DNA from: a virus
Taxonomy: Duplodnaviria; Caudoviricetes
Length of the DNA stretch: 56,150 bases
Direction: 5' to 3' (one strand)
Virus record (IMG/VR): IMGVR_UViG_3300037097_000033
Span: 1-56,150 of that record
Positions 1-10,281 of this stretch are shown here, one piece after another. The number at the start of each line of letters is the position of its first letter. Within the stretch, counting starts at the first letter, position 1. Made by a program: the position numbers and the translations under genes. The notes under the pieces are model-generated. The model had not been told where the DNA came from and made no database searches. It saw nothing but the letters and a program-made list of their open reading frames with translations.

Positions 1-73
1 CCCGTCGTAACGGGGCTGCCGGCTGAGGCGGTCGCCATCCTGGCCCGCAAGCCCGAGCGAGGGGAGCGCCGAG

Positions 74-310
74 ATGGGCGCTGAAGCGCTGCCACACCTC
101 CCGCGCGACGCCATCGTCGGCCCCCAAGCGGCCGTGCTCTGCGCCGTGCTGCGCGGAGCAACCACGGTCAGCAAAGTGGCCGAGCACTCCCACCTCAACC
201 GCTACCGGGCCTACGCCGTCCTGTGCCAACTGCGGGACCGGGGCCTCGTCGACTGGGAGACTAGCGCTAGTCGCGCTGGCCAGAAATCGGGCACCATCCA
301 TGCCCTCTAG
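74..310 (+). CDS. small winged HTH DNA-binding protein
   Basis: TVSKVAEHSHLNRYRAYAVLCQLRDRGLV resembles a wHTH; GGGGAG RBS upstream. Confidence 0.55.
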   Translation: MGAEALPHLPRDAIVGPQAAVLCAVLRGATTVSKVAEHSHLNRYRAYAVLCQLRDRGLVDWETSASRAGQKSGTIHAL

Positions 311-605
311 CTCGTTGGAGCGACGCCGCGGCCTGAAGCCGGTCAGTGAGAAGCGGGCCGCGCTGGAAGACGACCTGAAGGCGTGGCGCACGGCCGTGCT
401 CAAGCGCGACCGCTACAACTGCCAGGCGCGGGCACTCCTGGGTACCCCGTGCGATGGGCGCCTGGAAGCGCACCATGTCACCCCTCGTAGTCGGGCGCCT
501 CAACTGCTGCTCGACATCGCCAACGGTTTGACGGTCTGCGCTTTCCATCACGATGTCATCGACCGTCACCCGGCCGAGGCCAAGGCGCTGGGGCTGCTTC
601 GATGA
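300..605 (+). CDS. HNH endonuclease
   Basis: VLKRDRYNCQ...LEAHHVTPRS...NGLTVCAFHH HNH motif. Confidence 0.85.
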   Translation: MPSSSLERRRGLKPVSEKRAALEDDLKAWRTAVLKRDRYNCQARALLGTPCDGRLEAHHVTPRSRAPQLLLDIANGLTVCAFHHDVIDRHPAEAKALGLLR

Positions 606-1552
606 CCCAGTGCGCTTACGTGGACCCGAGCAGCGCTCCATGCCTGTTTGACGACAAGGGCCACCGCCCGTACCAAGGTCAGAACCGCAAGGACCACTCC
701 CCGTCGATAACAACCGTCTCTGGAATGATCGACGACGGGAAGGCGAGCGCCTTCGGCTTCGCAGGCGCCGAGATCGCCGCAGTCACGGCCGTGCACGACG
801 GCTGGGGCAATCTCGTGGCCGAGCCTACTTGCCGCCGCAGTCACAAGCTCTGCGCCATCTGTGGTGAAGAGAACGACCAGCACGGCGAAGCCGACCACAA
901 GTTCCAGCTCGGTCTATGCCCAGCATGCTCGTGGATCAGGGGCGAGCACCAGCGCCGCTGGGACACCAAGGCTGCGCTGGGCACGCACTGCCATCACATG
1001 GCCGCCCAGTGGTGGGCCGGTGAGGACATCGTTGTCGACTCGGTGACTGGTCCGATCATGGACAGCCTTGAGCAATTCGTCCACGACCTCAAGCCCGAGA
1101 TCGAATTAGCCGAGTTCACCGTCCTACACGACACGCCAAAGCACCAGATGTACCGAGGCCAGGGCGACACGCTGGGCACTCTGCTCTGCCCGGTGTGCAA
1201 AAACGGTGAGCGCTGCAGCTGGATTTGGGACAACAAGACGGGCGACTATTACCCCAAGGAGCAGACGCTCCAGGTCGCCGCCCAACGCTACGCCGCCCAC
1301 CTGACCGACTGGTCCGACGGTACCGAGCGCATCGTTGGCCCGATGCCGAGAGTCGCCCACGCCGGCGTACTCCTGCTGTCTGCTCAGGGTTACCGCCTCG
1401 TCCCGCTCCCCGTCGACCAGACGGCTTTCAATAGCTTCTTGCGCTTACGCGACACGTGGGCGTGGCTCGCCAGCATGAGCGCTTGGGACAAGGCACACCC
1501 GTTGCCCGCCCCCACCCCGTTCTCACCATCTCTACAGGAGACAAGCAAATGA
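602..1552 (+). CDS. PD-(D/E)XK exonuclease (RecE/Cas4-like) with Cys/His-rich inserts
   Basis: PSITT, GTHCH, AEFTV, WDNKTG and QVAAQRYA motifs; coupled to the recombinase gene. Confidence 0.75.
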   Translation: MTQCAYVDPSSAPCLFDDKGHRPYQGQNRKDHSPSITTVSGMIDDGKASAFGFAGAEIAAVTAVHDGWGNLVAEPTCRRSHKLCAICGEENDQHGEADHKFQLGLCPACSWIRGEHQRRWDTKAALGTHCHHMAAQWWAGEDIVVDSVTGPIMDSLEQFVHDLKPEIELAEFTVLHDTPKHQMYRGQGDTLGTLLCPVCKNGERCSWIWDNKTGDYYPKEQTLQVAAQRYAAHLTDWSDGTERIVGPMPRVAHAGVLLLSAQGYRLVPLPVDQTAFNSFLRLRDTWAWLASMSAWDKAHPLPAPTPFSPSLQETSK

Positions 1553-3645
1553 CCACCACGGATCTCGATGTCCGCCACAACGGCCTCGCTCTACCCACTG
1601 CCGCCGTTCTCAGCACAGAGCAGGTCGATCTAATCAAGCGCACCATCGCCAAGGGGACGACGGACGACGAGCTCGCCCTGTTCGTGGCGCAATGCAACCG
1701 CACCGGCCTCGACCCGTTCAACCGCCAGATTTATTGCCTCAAACGCTGGAACGCTAGAGAGCAGCGCGAGGAAATGAGCATCCAGACCTCGATCGACGGC
1801 TTTCGCTTGGTGGCCGAGCGTTCCGACGTTTACGCCGGCCAGGACGGCCCGTACTGGTGCGGGCCCGACGGCGTGTGGAAAGACGTGTGGCTGGCCGAGA
1901 GCGCGCCGGCGGCGGCCAAGGTCGTAGCGCTGAAAGAGCGGCCGAGCGGCGCGCTGGCCCACTTCACGGGCATTGCCCTTTATGGCGAGTACGTGCAGAC
2001 GGGCAAGAACAGCGAACCGAACTCGATGTGGCGCAAGATGCCCGCCAACCAGCTCGCCAAGTGCTTCTCGTCGGACACTGAAATTTTGACCGAAGACGGC
2101 TTTCGTCTCTTCTCCAAGGTTCAGCCCGCGTGCCGCATAATGCAGGTCACGCCCGACGGACTGGAACCCGTCGATGCTGAACCCTTTGCTCAGCCCTACA
2201 CCGGGGCCATGATCGCGTATGACTCGGACGATCTGAACTTCTGTGTCACGCCAAACCATGACATGGTGACTACTTACGGCAAGGTTGAGGCCGGCGGCAT
2301 GTACGCCACAAGTCGCCAGCGCAGCACGTGGTCAATCCCTCGGATCGTACCGGTTGACGTCAAGGAGGCACCGATACCCGACGCCCTAATCCGGCTCTCG
2401 GCTTGGGTCCTGGCGGACGGTTATGCCCGCAATGGGGGATGGGGCATATCGGTGAGCCGACCACGCAAGCTCGCATCCCTGCGAGCACTAAGCCTCGCCA
2501 TCAGCGAGGGAGTTCAGCACTCGCGAGGCGCCGAGGTCACCGTTGCTTCAGGCAGGACGATCCGGTCGAACTTCGATAAGGCGGTTTTCCAGTTCAGGCT
2601 CAATGACGCAGCGCTCGTTTGTGGCGCCAAAGACGTGGACACCGAACTGCTACTCACCCTGTCCTCTCGTCAGGCGCGCATCTTCGTCGACACCTGGGTC
2701 GAGGCCGATGGCAACGAAAACCGCAAGACAGGCGTGCGCCGTCTTTATACTTCCAACCCGCTACACATGGACGCGTTCGAACTGGCCGCAGTTATGGCTG
2801 GCTACGCGGTGAGCGGGCGAAGCGAACGCACATCGGACATCAGCACGAAGCCCAACGCGAGCGTCACCATTAGTGCCCGCGATGCCATCCCGGTCTTCCG
2901 CAGGAGTCCCAAGTTGGGACCGACGCTGGCACTGCAAGAGAATGGCGATGGCGTGGTGTGGTGCATCACCGTGCCGTCTGGCGTCATAGTGGTACGCCGC
3001 AATGGCTTCTCAATGCTCTGCGGGAACTGTGCCGAGGCCCTGGCACTGCGCAAGGCATTCCCCAACGACCTCAGCGGGCTCTACACCGCAGACGAGATGG
3101 GCCAAGCGGACAATGTCCCGGCCCGGGCACCGGCAGTCACGAGCACGCCGACGACGACCCCTGCGGCCACTACGACGAGGTCCAGCCCCATGGCGGCCAA
3201 GCCGGCGCCCGCCGTTCCCGTCGACGTGCCCACGGGCGAGATCGACCCCGACGAGCTCGCCAAGCGCCGAGGCTGGGGCAACGCGCAGGACGAGCGCAAC
3301 GCCCGCAAGGCCGCCCGGGACGTACTGACCTACCGCAAGGCCGATGGCCGCATCACCTCGGAAGCGGCGAACGCGGCATGGGGCGAGTACGGCGATCACC
3401 CGACATCCGACGAGCACGACGCCTGGGTGGCCAAGCACTTACCTGTGATCACCCCTGAGGTTGCCGAAGACCCTTTAGCCGCTGGTGCCGAGAGAACCCC
3501 GCCGGGCCCGTCACCATCTGTTCTGGCCGCCGGCGGGGCGAGCAAGCGCCCGTCACCGCTCGCCGCAGTGCGTGATGCCCGAGAGCAGCTTGCACGGACC
3601 GCCGCCGCTACCGAGGCCGCTGAGGCAGAAGGGTTGCCATTTTGA
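1549..3645 (+). CDS. bet: Bet/RecT single-strand annealing recombinase, intein-containing
   Basis: [33 protein letters not shown]|[22 protein letters not shown]; ATG 1549 follows AGGAG. Confidence 0.9.
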   Translation: MTTTDLDVRHNGLALPTAAVLSTEQVDLIKRTIAKGTTDDELALFVAQCNRTGLDPFNRQIYCLKRWNAREQREEMSIQTSIDGFRLVAERSDVYAGQDGPYWCGPDGVWKDVWLAESAPAAAKVVALKERPSGALAHFTGIALYGEYVQTGKNSEPNSMWRKMPANQLAKCFSSDTEILTEDGFRLFSKVQPACRIMQVTPDGLEPVDAEPFAQPYTGAMIAYDSDDLNFCVTPNHDMVTTYGKVEAGGMYATSRQRSTWSIPRIVPVDVKEAPIPDALIRLSAWVLADGYARNGGWGISVSRPRKLASLRALSLAISEGVQHSRGAEVTVASGRTIRSNFDKAVFQFRLNDAALVCGAKDVDTELLLTLSSRQARIFVDTWVEADGNENRKTGVRRLYTSNPLHMDAFELAAVMAGYAVSGRSERTSDISTKPNASVTISARDAIPVFRRSPKLGPTLALQENGDGVVWCITVPSGVIVVRRNGFSMLCGNCAEALALRKAFPNDLSGLYTADEMGQADNVPARAPAVTSTPTTTPAATTTRSSPMAAKPAPAVPVDVPTGEIDPDELAKRRGWGNAQDERNARKAARDVLTYRKADGRITSEAANAAWGEYGDHPTSDEHDAWVAKHLPVITPEVAEDPLAAGAERTPPGPSPSVLAAGGASKRPSPLAAVRDAREQLARTAAATEAAEAEGLPF
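2062..3027 (+). mobile_element. intein (322 aa) with LAGLIDADG-like homing endonuclease
   Basis: block [14 protein letters not shown], block [17 protein letters not shown] and [10 protein letters not shown], block [11 protein letters not shown]...CGN followed by extein Cys. Confidence 0.9.
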
Positions 3646-3980
3646 CCTACACCAAACTCACCGAAGAGGGACGGCAGAGCGTCCGGAGCATTATCGACAA
3701 ACTCACGACCGTGGGCGAGGCGATAGGTGGTTGGCAAAGCAAGATGAACGCACGACAATCGGGTGTCGATCTCTACATCCACTTCGACAACAAGGTCGAC
3801 GTGATGACCACGACCGTCCAGTTTGCCAACCAATTAGAGCAAGCGCCGAGCCTGCTCGTGGACGCGTGCCAGCGGCTCTTGGACGCCGACGCCGCCGTGG
3901 CACATCTCGGCCAGCTTCTTAGGACCACTCTCGACCTTGGACTCACACCTATCGCCGCTGAGGCAGAAGGACTGCTCTAG
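3642..3980 (+). CDS. hypothetical protein
   Basis: ORF coupled to bet stop (TTGA overlap). Confidence 0.6.
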   Translation: MTYTKLTEEGRQSVRSIIDKLTTVGEAIGGWQSKMNARQSGVDLYIHFDNKVDVMTTTVQFANQLEQAPSLLVDACQRLLDADAAVAHLGQLLRTTLDLGLTPIAAEAEGLL

Positions 3981-4325
3981 ATGACGGAAGAAACCGATCT
4001 GCTGACCGAAGAGGAGACCGCCGAGTTTCGCTCCACCACTGGCGTCCCGCTTTACGAGACGGCCCATCCGGTAAAAGAACTACACCTCATTTTCGTCACC
4101 CGCGCCGTCGCGACGATCGAGGCGTTGCGCCAGGAGTTGGACGACGCCCGCCGAGTCCTCGTCTTTGCTGATGGGCTGACGGTAGCGGAGACTGGCAGAT
4201 GCCTAGCCGACCCGTACGCGGCAGACTACGAGCCGGCGCACCGAGCGCTCCGGGGGGCGGGCTGCGGCCCCGTCGGCGTCACAGATGCTGGCCCTGGCCA
4301 TCTACCTGGCGAGAAGGCGAGGTAA
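3981..4325 (+). CDS. hypothetical protein
   Basis: abutting ORF in early operon. Confidence 0.55.
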   Translation: MTEETDLLTEEETAEFRSTTGVPLYETAHPVKELHLIFVTRAVATIEALRQELDDARRVLVFADGLTVAETGRCLADPYAADYEPAHRALRGAGCGPVGVTDAGPGHLPGEKAR

Positions 4326-4328
4326 GGC

Positions 4329-4574
4329 ATGAGCAAGGGCGACTCTGTAGAGGTCTGGGTTGACACGGGCGAGCCCACCTGCCGACGTTTCGAGGTGCTG
4401 GCCGACGCTAACGGCCGGTCAGTGGAAGTCAAGACCGCCCGCAACATGATCGAGGTGGCCGTAGTCGGCCGGACTGGCAAAGAGGTCAAGGTCGACCGCT
4501 TCCTCGCTGCCAGGGTGGTGGCGCTGATCGAGCACAAGACGGAGCCTGACGCCGTACAAGGGGCCTTGCTGTGA
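4329..4574 (+). CDS. hypothetical protein
   Basis: GAGG RBS, operon packing. Confidence 0.6.
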   Translation: MSKGDSVEVWVDTGEPTCRRFEVLADANGRSVEVKTARNMIEVAVVGRTGKEVKVDRFLAARVVALIEHKTEPDAVQGALL

Positions 4575-4945
4575 CCCCTAATCCGACGATGCCCCGGGTG
4601 CTGCCGACGCCCCGCAAGCCCCGCCCGCTGCCGATGAGCGAGACGCAACTGAAAAAGGCCGTCATCGACCGGGCCCACGATCTGGGCTGGAAAATAGCGC
4701 ACTTCCTCCCCGCCATGATGGGCGACCGCTGGTACACCGCCGTGCAGGCGGACGGCAAAGGCTGGCCCGATCTGGTGCTCGTTCGGAATGACCAGCTGCT
4801 CTGCATCGAACTGAAGAGTGAGCGCGGCAAGCCCACGCCCGAGCAGTTGCAATGGGCCGAGTGGCTCATGGGCGCCGGTGTCCACTGGGAGTGCTGGTCG
4901 CCTACGACTTGGCGGGATGGCACAATCGAAAGCCGACTTCGTTGA
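4571..4945 (+). CDS. VRR-NUC domain nuclease
   Basis: SETQL...GWPDLVLVR...IELKSERGKPTPEQLQW. Confidence 0.9.
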   Translation: MTPNPTMPRVLPTPRKPRPLPMSETQLKKAVIDRAHDLGWKIAHFLPAMMGDRWYTAVQADGKGWPDLVLVRNDQLLCIELKSERGKPTPEQLQWAEWLMGAGVHWECWSPTTWRDGTIESRLR

Positions 4946-5304
4946 ACGCCCAAGCAACGCTCTTCGATGCCGGCCTCCCGTCGCCCGACGTCCCGCTCGT
5001 CCAGGTGGCGCGTCACGCCCCCCGCACGAGCATCGACGCCGCCCGCCTGGCTTTGCCCAAGAGCGGCACGGCACGCTACAAGGTGCTGGCAGCCATCGCC
5101 AACGCCCCGGACGGCATGACTGACCACCAAGTGGTCGCCAAGACGCTGCGGCCGATCAACATCGTCAATCCGAGACGGGGCGAGCTCGTCGACCTCGGGT
5201 GGATCGTCGATGGCGGCGAGCGGCGCGACTGGAACGGCCACGTCGGCATCGTGTGGGTGCTCACTAGTGACGGTAAGCGGGAGTGGGCCAGGAGGGCGGC
5301 ATGA
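4942..5304 (+). CDS. winged-helix DNA-binding protein
   Basis: TSIDAA...GMTDHQV...PRRGELVDLGWIVDGGERR; TTG start overlaps previous stop. Confidence 0.7.
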   Translation: MNAQATLFDAGLPSPDVPLVQVARHAPRTSIDAARLALPKSGTARYKVLAAIANAPDGMTDHQVVAKTLRPINIVNPRRGELVDLGWIVDGGERRDWNGHVGIVWVLTSDGKREWARRAA

Positions 5305-6599
5305 TGGCGCTCGCCTATGCCGACTTTATCGAGATGAAGCGAAGGCGGCATGGCGACGTAGGCCGAGACATCGACCCCGACGAACTCCACCCGTCGATGT
5401 TCGGCTTTCAGCGGGCTATAACGGCGTGGGCTTGCCGGAAGGGCCGGGCCGCCGTGTTCGCTGACTGCGGGCTCGGCAAGAGCCGCATCCAGTTGGAATG
5501 GGCAAGGATGGTCGGTACCCGGTCCCTGATCGTCGCCCCGCTATCCGTAGCCCGCCAGACGGTCCGAGAAGCGCACGCCATCGGCATCGACCTCCATTAC
5601 GTGCGCAACGGCTTGGACGCCGATAGCGACGGCTTGTGGATCACGAACTACGAGATGATCGAACGTTTCGACCCGGCCATGTTCGACGCCGTGGTCATCG
5701 ACGAATCGAGCATCCTCAAGAACGTCGAGGGCAAAACTCGGAGGCTGCTAACGGAGATGTTCGCCGAGACGCCACTACGGCTGGCCTGCACGGCCACACC
5801 GGCGCCCAACGACGTGGCGGAACTGACCAACCATGCCGAGTTCCTGGGAGTCATGCCCCGCAATGAAATGCTCGCCGCCTACTTCGTCCACGACGATGAG
5901 GGCTGGCGATTGAAGGGCCACGCCCAAGATCCCATGTACAAATGGATGGCCACGTGGGGTGTCGCTTTGCGGCGCCCATCGGACCTCGGCTATTCGGACG
6001 AGGGCTACAACCTGCCGCCGCTGTCGATCATCCCTGAAATAGTGCAGGCCGACATCGAGGCCGAGGGCCAGCTGTTCGCCACGGAACTGGGCGGGATCGG
6101 TGGCCGCTCAAAGGTGCGCAAGGCCACGATGAGCAAGCGGGTACAGCGAGCCGTCGACCTGGCACGGGGCGACGAGCAGTGGATCGTCTGGTGTGGGCTG
6201 AACGACGAAGCCGACGCCTGCGCCAAGGCGATAGACGGAGCGGTGAACGTTGAGGGTTCATGGGCGCCAGAGCGTAAGGCGGCAGCGCTCGAAGCGTTCC
6301 AGGACGGCACGGTTAGAGTTCTGGTGACCAAGGTGACCATCGCGGGATTCGGGATGAACTTCCAGAACTGCCACCAGATGGCGTTCGTCGGACTGGGCGA
6401 CAGCTACGAGCAGTATTACCAGGCCATCCGGCGCTGCTACCGGTTCGGGCAAACGAGGCCCGTCGAAGCGCACGTCGTCCTGTCCACGCTCGAATCTCAG
6501 ATCGCCATAAACGTGCAGCGTAAGGAAGCCACCGCCCTGGCGGTGACCGATCGCCTTGTGGCGCACGTCCGCCAGCACTTCGAAGGAGCGACCGCATGA
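5301..6599 (+). CDS. SNF2/SF2 helicase-like protein
   Basis: DCGLGKS (Walker A), DESS, TATP, GFGMNFQ, QAIRRCYRFGQ. Confidence 0.9.
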   Translation: MMALAYADFIEMKRRRHGDVGRDIDPDELHPSMFGFQRAITAWACRKGRAAVFADCGLGKSRIQLEWARMVGTRSLIVAPLSVARQTVREAHAIGIDLHYVRNGLDADSDGLWITNYEMIERFDPAMFDAVVIDESSILKNVEGKTRRLLTEMFAETPLRLACTATPAPNDVAELTNHAEFLGVMPRNEMLAAYFVHDDEGWRLKGHAQDPMYKWMATWGVALRRPSDLGYSDEGYNLPPLSIIPEIVQADIEAEGQLFATELGGIGGRSKVRKATMSKRVQRAVDLARGDEQWIVWCGLNDEADACAKAIDGAVNVEGSWAPERKAAALEAFQDGTVRVLVTKVTIAGFGMNFQNCHQMAFVGLGDSYEQYYQAIRRCYRFGQTRPVEAHVVLSTLESQIAINVQRKEATALAVTDRLVAHVRQHFEGATA

Positions 6600-7498
6600 C
6601 AATGACCAGCACGCCATACGTGACCGATGAGGCCTACGGCGACAGGTGGACCCTCCTGCTGGGCGACTCGTGCGAGCGCTTGGCCGAGGTTGAAACCGAG
6701 TCGATCGACCTGTCCGTCTGCTCGCCGCCCTTCGCCAGCCTCTACACGTACAGCCCAAGCGAGCGGGACCTCGGCAATTCGTCCAGCCGGGACGAGTTCT
6801 TCACGCATTACCGGTTCATCATTGATGAGCAGCTACGGGTGACTAAGCCGGGGCGGCTGGCGTGCATCCACGTGCAGCAGCTGACCACGACGAAGGTCAC
6901 TCAAGGCGTGATCGGGCTGACCGACTTCCGGGGCCAGGTCATCCGGGCCTTTCAAGACGCCGGCTGGATATTTCACGGCGAGTGCACGGTAGACAAGGAC
7001 CCGCAAGCCCAAGCCATTCGCACCCACTCGATCGGGCTGTTGTTCGCCACCCTCAAGCGAGACTCGATCATGAACCGGCCGGCACTGGCCGACTACGTAT
7101 TGCTGTTCCGTAAGCCCGGGGACAACGCCGTGCCCGTCATCCCCGACGTGAGCAACGACGAATGGATCGAGTGGGCCCGCCCGATATGGACCGGGATCAA
7201 GGAGTCGAACACGCTCAACGTGGCCGAGGCTCGGGACGACCCCGACGAGCGCCATATCTGCGCTCTCCAACTCGATCTCATCGAGCGCTGTGTGCGGCTG
7301 TGGTCGAACCCTGGCGATCTGATCCTGTCACCATTCGGAGGCATCGGCTCTGAGGGCTATGTGGCCGTCAAGCAAGGACGGCGCTACGTGGGGATCGAAC
7401 TGAAGCCGAGTTATTGGGCCACGGCGTGCGACAACCTGCGTAAAGCCGAGTACGAAGCGGCGCTGCCCACGCTGTTCGACGGCGACGAAGCCCGATGA
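6596..7498 (+). CDS. N4-C/N6-A DNA methyltransferase (beta class)
   Basis: SPPF motif IV precedes SPFGGIGSEG motif I; GIELK. Confidence 0.9.
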   Translation: MTMTSTPYVTDEAYGDRWTLLLGDSCERLAEVETESIDLSVCSPPFASLYTYSPSERDLGNSSSRDEFFTHYRFIIDEQLRVTKPGRLACIHVQQLTTTKVTQGVIGLTDFRGQVIRAFQDAGWIFHGECTVDKDPQAQAIRTHSIGLLFATLKRDSIMNRPALADYVLLFRKPGDNAVPVIPDVSNDEWIEWARPIWTGIKESNTLNVAEARDDPDERHICALQLDLIERCVRLWSNPGDLILSPFGGIGSEGYVAVKQGRRYVGIELKPSYWATACDNLRKAEYEAALPTLFDGDEAR

Positions 7499-7632
7499 CC
7501 ACCGGACCCGTAGAGAAGGACGGCTGGACCTACATCGACGGCCTACCGGTCTGCGAGGTGTGCCACCAAGAGCTCGACTGCGCCTGCGGGATTTGCTGGG
7601 AATGCCACAGCAAGGGAGTCCCGGGAGCATGA
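7495..7632 (+). CDS. small Cys-rich protein (45 aa, absent from ORF track)
   Basis: MTTGPVEKDGWTYIDGLPVCEVCHQELDCACGICWECH; ATGA overlaps at both ends. Confidence 0.55.
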   Translation: MTTGPVEKDGWTYIDGLPVCEVCHQELDCACGICWECHSKGVPGA

Positions 7633-8210
7633 GCCACCCCGCCGTCCACACCCACCAGAGCAACGAGCCCATCGCGCTCGACCGTCCCTGCACCTGTAAG
7701 CGGCCCCACTGCGGAGAGCCGGCCATCGGCGTTGCTGCGGCTGGCAGCTACGTTGACGCGGCTTACTGCCAGCTTCACGCTGAGGCCAACAAACGGCTCC
7801 GAAGCAGAGGCGAACGTCAAACGACTGAACAACGGCCGCGTACTGTACGGGGAGCGGTACTGATGGGCAACCCCAAGACCAACGCCCGCAAGCGCACCGA
7901 GTTCCGCCGCTACCTGGAAAGCCTCGGCTACAGCCCTGCTGAGGTCGAAAGAGCGGTTGCGTCACGAGAAGAGCGCCGGGCCGCCAAAGCCCGCCAGGCC
8001 GACCAGGAGGCGGCACTGGAGCAAGCACGCAAGCCCAAGTCCCCGGCGCAAGAGTGGGAGCACCTCGACGACACGGGCTACCGGCCCGCCCAGGTCGACT
8101 CCGTCCTAACCGGAGTGGCCCGGGCTACCGGCCAGACAGCAGCCGCAGTGAAGCGGCGCAGCACTATGACGAGTGCCCAATATTACCGATGGAAAGGGAA
8201 CAATGGCTGA
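7629..8210 (+). CDS. hypothetical protein with Zn-finger-like N-terminus
   Basis: CxCxxxxC...YCQLH; ATGA coupling. Confidence 0.5.
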   Translation: MSHPAVHTHQSNEPIALDRPCTCKRPHCGEPAIGVAAAGSYVDAAYCQLHAEANKRLRSRGERQTTEQRPRTVRGAVLMGNPKTNARKRTEFRRYLESLGYSPAEVERAVASREERRAAKARQADQEAALEQARKPKSPAQEWEHLDDTGYRPAQVDSVLTGVARATGQTAAAVKRRSTMTSAQYYRWKGNNG

Positions 8211-8400
8211 GCCCATTAGGCCACAGTGGAACGGCTACCGGCCGATCGTTGGGGACCGCATGCCTGCCACGCCAGAGGAGCAAGACTTGTACGCCGAGTG
8301 TGACGAGCGGTACCGGACTGCCTTCTACGGGCGCAAGCGCCAGGTCGAACCGAGTTTGCCCCTACCCTCAAACGACGACGACGACGAGCAGCTGTCCTGA
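8203..8400 (+). CDS. hypothetical protein
   Basis: AAAGGGAA RBS then ATG 8203. Confidence 0.5.
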   Translation: MAEPIRPQWNGYRPIVGDRMPATPEEQDLYAECDERYRTAFYGRKRQVEPSLPLPSNDDDDEQLS

Positions 8401-8401
8401 G

Positions 8402-9220
8402 GTGGGCTGGGTGCGAGTCTCCGACGACTTCTACGACCACCCGAAGTTCTTGGCGGCCGGCCTGACGGGAGTGGCTCTGTGGCTCGTTGCGCTTGCCTGG
8501 TGCAATCGCAACCATACCGACGGCCATATCCCAGCAACTGCCGTCCGGCGGCTGCTCGACCTGGACGGCGCCGACGACGTCACCGAACGCCTCGTGGCAT
8601 GTGGACTATGGGAGCGCACCGAGAGCGGCTTCCACTTCCACGATTATGAGGACTATCAACTCACCAACGGGCAGGCCACCGAGAGGTCCGCTGCGTTTTC
8701 AGCTGTCAGGGCGGAGGCTGGCCGGAAGGGTGCGGCCGCCAGATGGGGCAACCGAGATGCCTCCCCCATGGCAACCCATGGCAAACCGATGGCAAGTCCA
8801 TGGCAAGCCGATGACAAGCCGATGGCAAACCGATGGCCCCAACCCCAAACCCCAGGGGTTAAAAACAACCCCCCCCTTACCCCCCCCGATGGCAAACTCA
8901 TGGCAAATGCCATACCCGCCACTAACAGCGGGGTTATTGCTACGCAACAGAGGAACGGGGTCAACCTCGACGAACTAGAGCGAATCACCGGAAGGCTTAT
9001 CCGGCTATGCACAGCCCACAGCCGAGAACGGGTCAAGCTCGAAGCTGTAGCGGTGACCACGTGGGCCATGTGCGCCCTAGACCTGCGTGTCGTCGATGAG
9101 GAAATCGGGCTGGCCGAGGTTGCCGCTACTCGACCAGCACTGCCGCGGTTCCTCGTCAAGCCTCTCGAACGCCGAGCAGCAACAGCCCGGGTGTCCCTTC
9201 CCAAGTTCGTCTTGCCCTAA
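8402..9220 (+). CDS. replication initiator (RepA-like, actinophage type)
   Basis: WVRVSDDFYDHPKF...TDGHIP...LVACGLWE..GFHFHDYEDYQ; internal iterons. Confidence 0.8.
   Translation: MGWVRVSDDFYDHPKFLAAGLTGVALWLVALAWCNRNHTDGHIPATAVRRLLDLDGADDVTERLVACGLWERTESGFHFHDYEDYQLTNGQATERSAAFSAVRAEAGRKGAAARWGNRDASPMATHGKPMASPWQADDKPMANRWPQPQTPGVKNNPPLTPPDGKLMANAIPATNSGVIATQQRNGVNLDELERITGRLIRLCTAHSRERVKLEAVAVTTWAMCALDLRVVDEEIGLAEVAATRPALPRFLVKPLERRAATARVSLPKFVLP
8765..8907 (+). repeat. iteron array, probable replication origin
   Basis: ATGGCAA-type units at 8768, 8778, 8789, 8800, 8811, 8822, 8833, 8889, 8900 (mostly 11-bp period). Confidence 0.75.
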
Positions 9221-9323
9221 GCGCTCACTCAAACAGAAAAGAGTAACCATTGAAAAAGTTCCTAGCTGCGCCCGCCCTACTCATCCCGGCCCTAGCTGCC
9301 GCTCTGGTCCTGTGGTACGGACG

Positions 9324-9734
9324 ATGAGCACAGTCGAACAGCCGCTCAACAAGATCGCCGCCACCCTGGTCGACTTGCAGGAGCGCTACGCCAAGGCGCT
9401 AGAGGTAGTGGAGGCGGCGCGGCTGTTTGAGTACGCGCCAGGCTCTGAAAGCAGACGCCAGACTTTGCGGGTCGCTCTGGCTGCCTTGATGAGAGCAGCG
9501 AGTGATGGCGCTAAGGCTGGCGTCGTGACCCCTGACCGCTTCACGATGCCCGGCGAGCCTGCCCTGACCCTCGGCGAACTGAGGGAGCAGACCGGCAACC
9601 TGGGCGACTACTATCGGATCGTGCTAGTGCAGAAGGCCGGCATCGTGCCGCTCGTTTTCTACGGGATCGACAACGGGCCAGCGCCCGACGACCCGGGCGA
9701 GCCGGGGACCATCTACTTGGAGGTGAAGCCGTGA
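9324..9734 (+). CDS. hypothetical protein (possibly a fusion of two cassettes)
   Basis: ATG 9324; internal copy of the GTGACCCCTGACCGC repeat at 9525. Confidence 0.5.
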   Translation: MSTVEQPLNKIAATLVDLQERYAKALEVVEAARLFEYAPGSESRRQTLRVALAALMRAASDGAKAGVVTPDRFTMPGEPALTLGELREQTGNLGDYYRIVLVQKAGIVPLVFYGIDNGPAPDDPGEPGTIYLEVKP

Positions 9735-9961
9735 GCGGCGACGGGTTCCTTTGTCCGACCTGCGGTCACGCCTGCCCGTCAGAGCACCCAGCCAGAGGGT
9801 ACGCGGAGGCCCTGGAACGGTCGGCGAAGGTGCTCAAGGACGCGCAGACATCCCTGTTCGACGCAATGCAATCGATCGCACGGGCCCTCCCGGCGACGGC
9901 CGACATCGATAAGCTCCATGAGGCAGCGAAACGAATGGGGTACAAAGGGGAGGTCTCGTGA
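9731..9961 (+). CDS. hypothetical protein
   Basis: GGAGG RBS, GTGA coupling, CPTC motif. Confidence 0.6.
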   Translation: MSGDGFLCPTCGHACPSEHPARGYAEALERSAKVLKDAQTSLFDAMQSIARALPATADIDKLHEAAKRMGYKGEVS

Positions 9962-10281
9962 CCCCTGACCGCGTAGCTGAGGCCCCCGATGCCGTCATGA
10001 ATTCAGTGCGGAGGTTGCCTGAGAGGCCGGAGAGTCCGGAAACGATCGAGCGTAAGGGAAGTCTCCTCCGCGCTGAACACTTTGACGACACCGATGAGGA
10101 CTTTGAGCGTCAGCTGTTGCTGGCACCCGGGCCTTGTATCTGCGGAGACCTGGCGACGGTCGAGGTCGTGGTGCGCTGGAAGAACGGCCCGTGCCACTAC
10201 TGGTACTGCGAGCAGCATGCCGCCACCGTGCTGGAACTGGAGGGTGTCAGCCGAACGGGCTGGCGCAGGGGACCGAAGTGA
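9958..10281 (+). CDS. hypothetical protein (MTPDRVAEA start)
   Basis: GTGA coupling; CICG...YCEQH. Confidence 0.6.
   Translation: MTPDRVAEAPDAVMNSVRRLPERPESPETIERKGSLLRAEHFDDTDEDFERQLLLAPGPCICGDLATVEVVVRWKNGPCHYWYCEQHAATVLELEGVSRTGWRRGPK

Noticed and set aside
602-1552. Cas4-like nuclease as part of a CRISPR adaptation module
   Set aside because: Coupled to bet as a standard exonuclease/annealase pair, with no cas1 or cas2 and about 26 kb from the RAMP-like locus.
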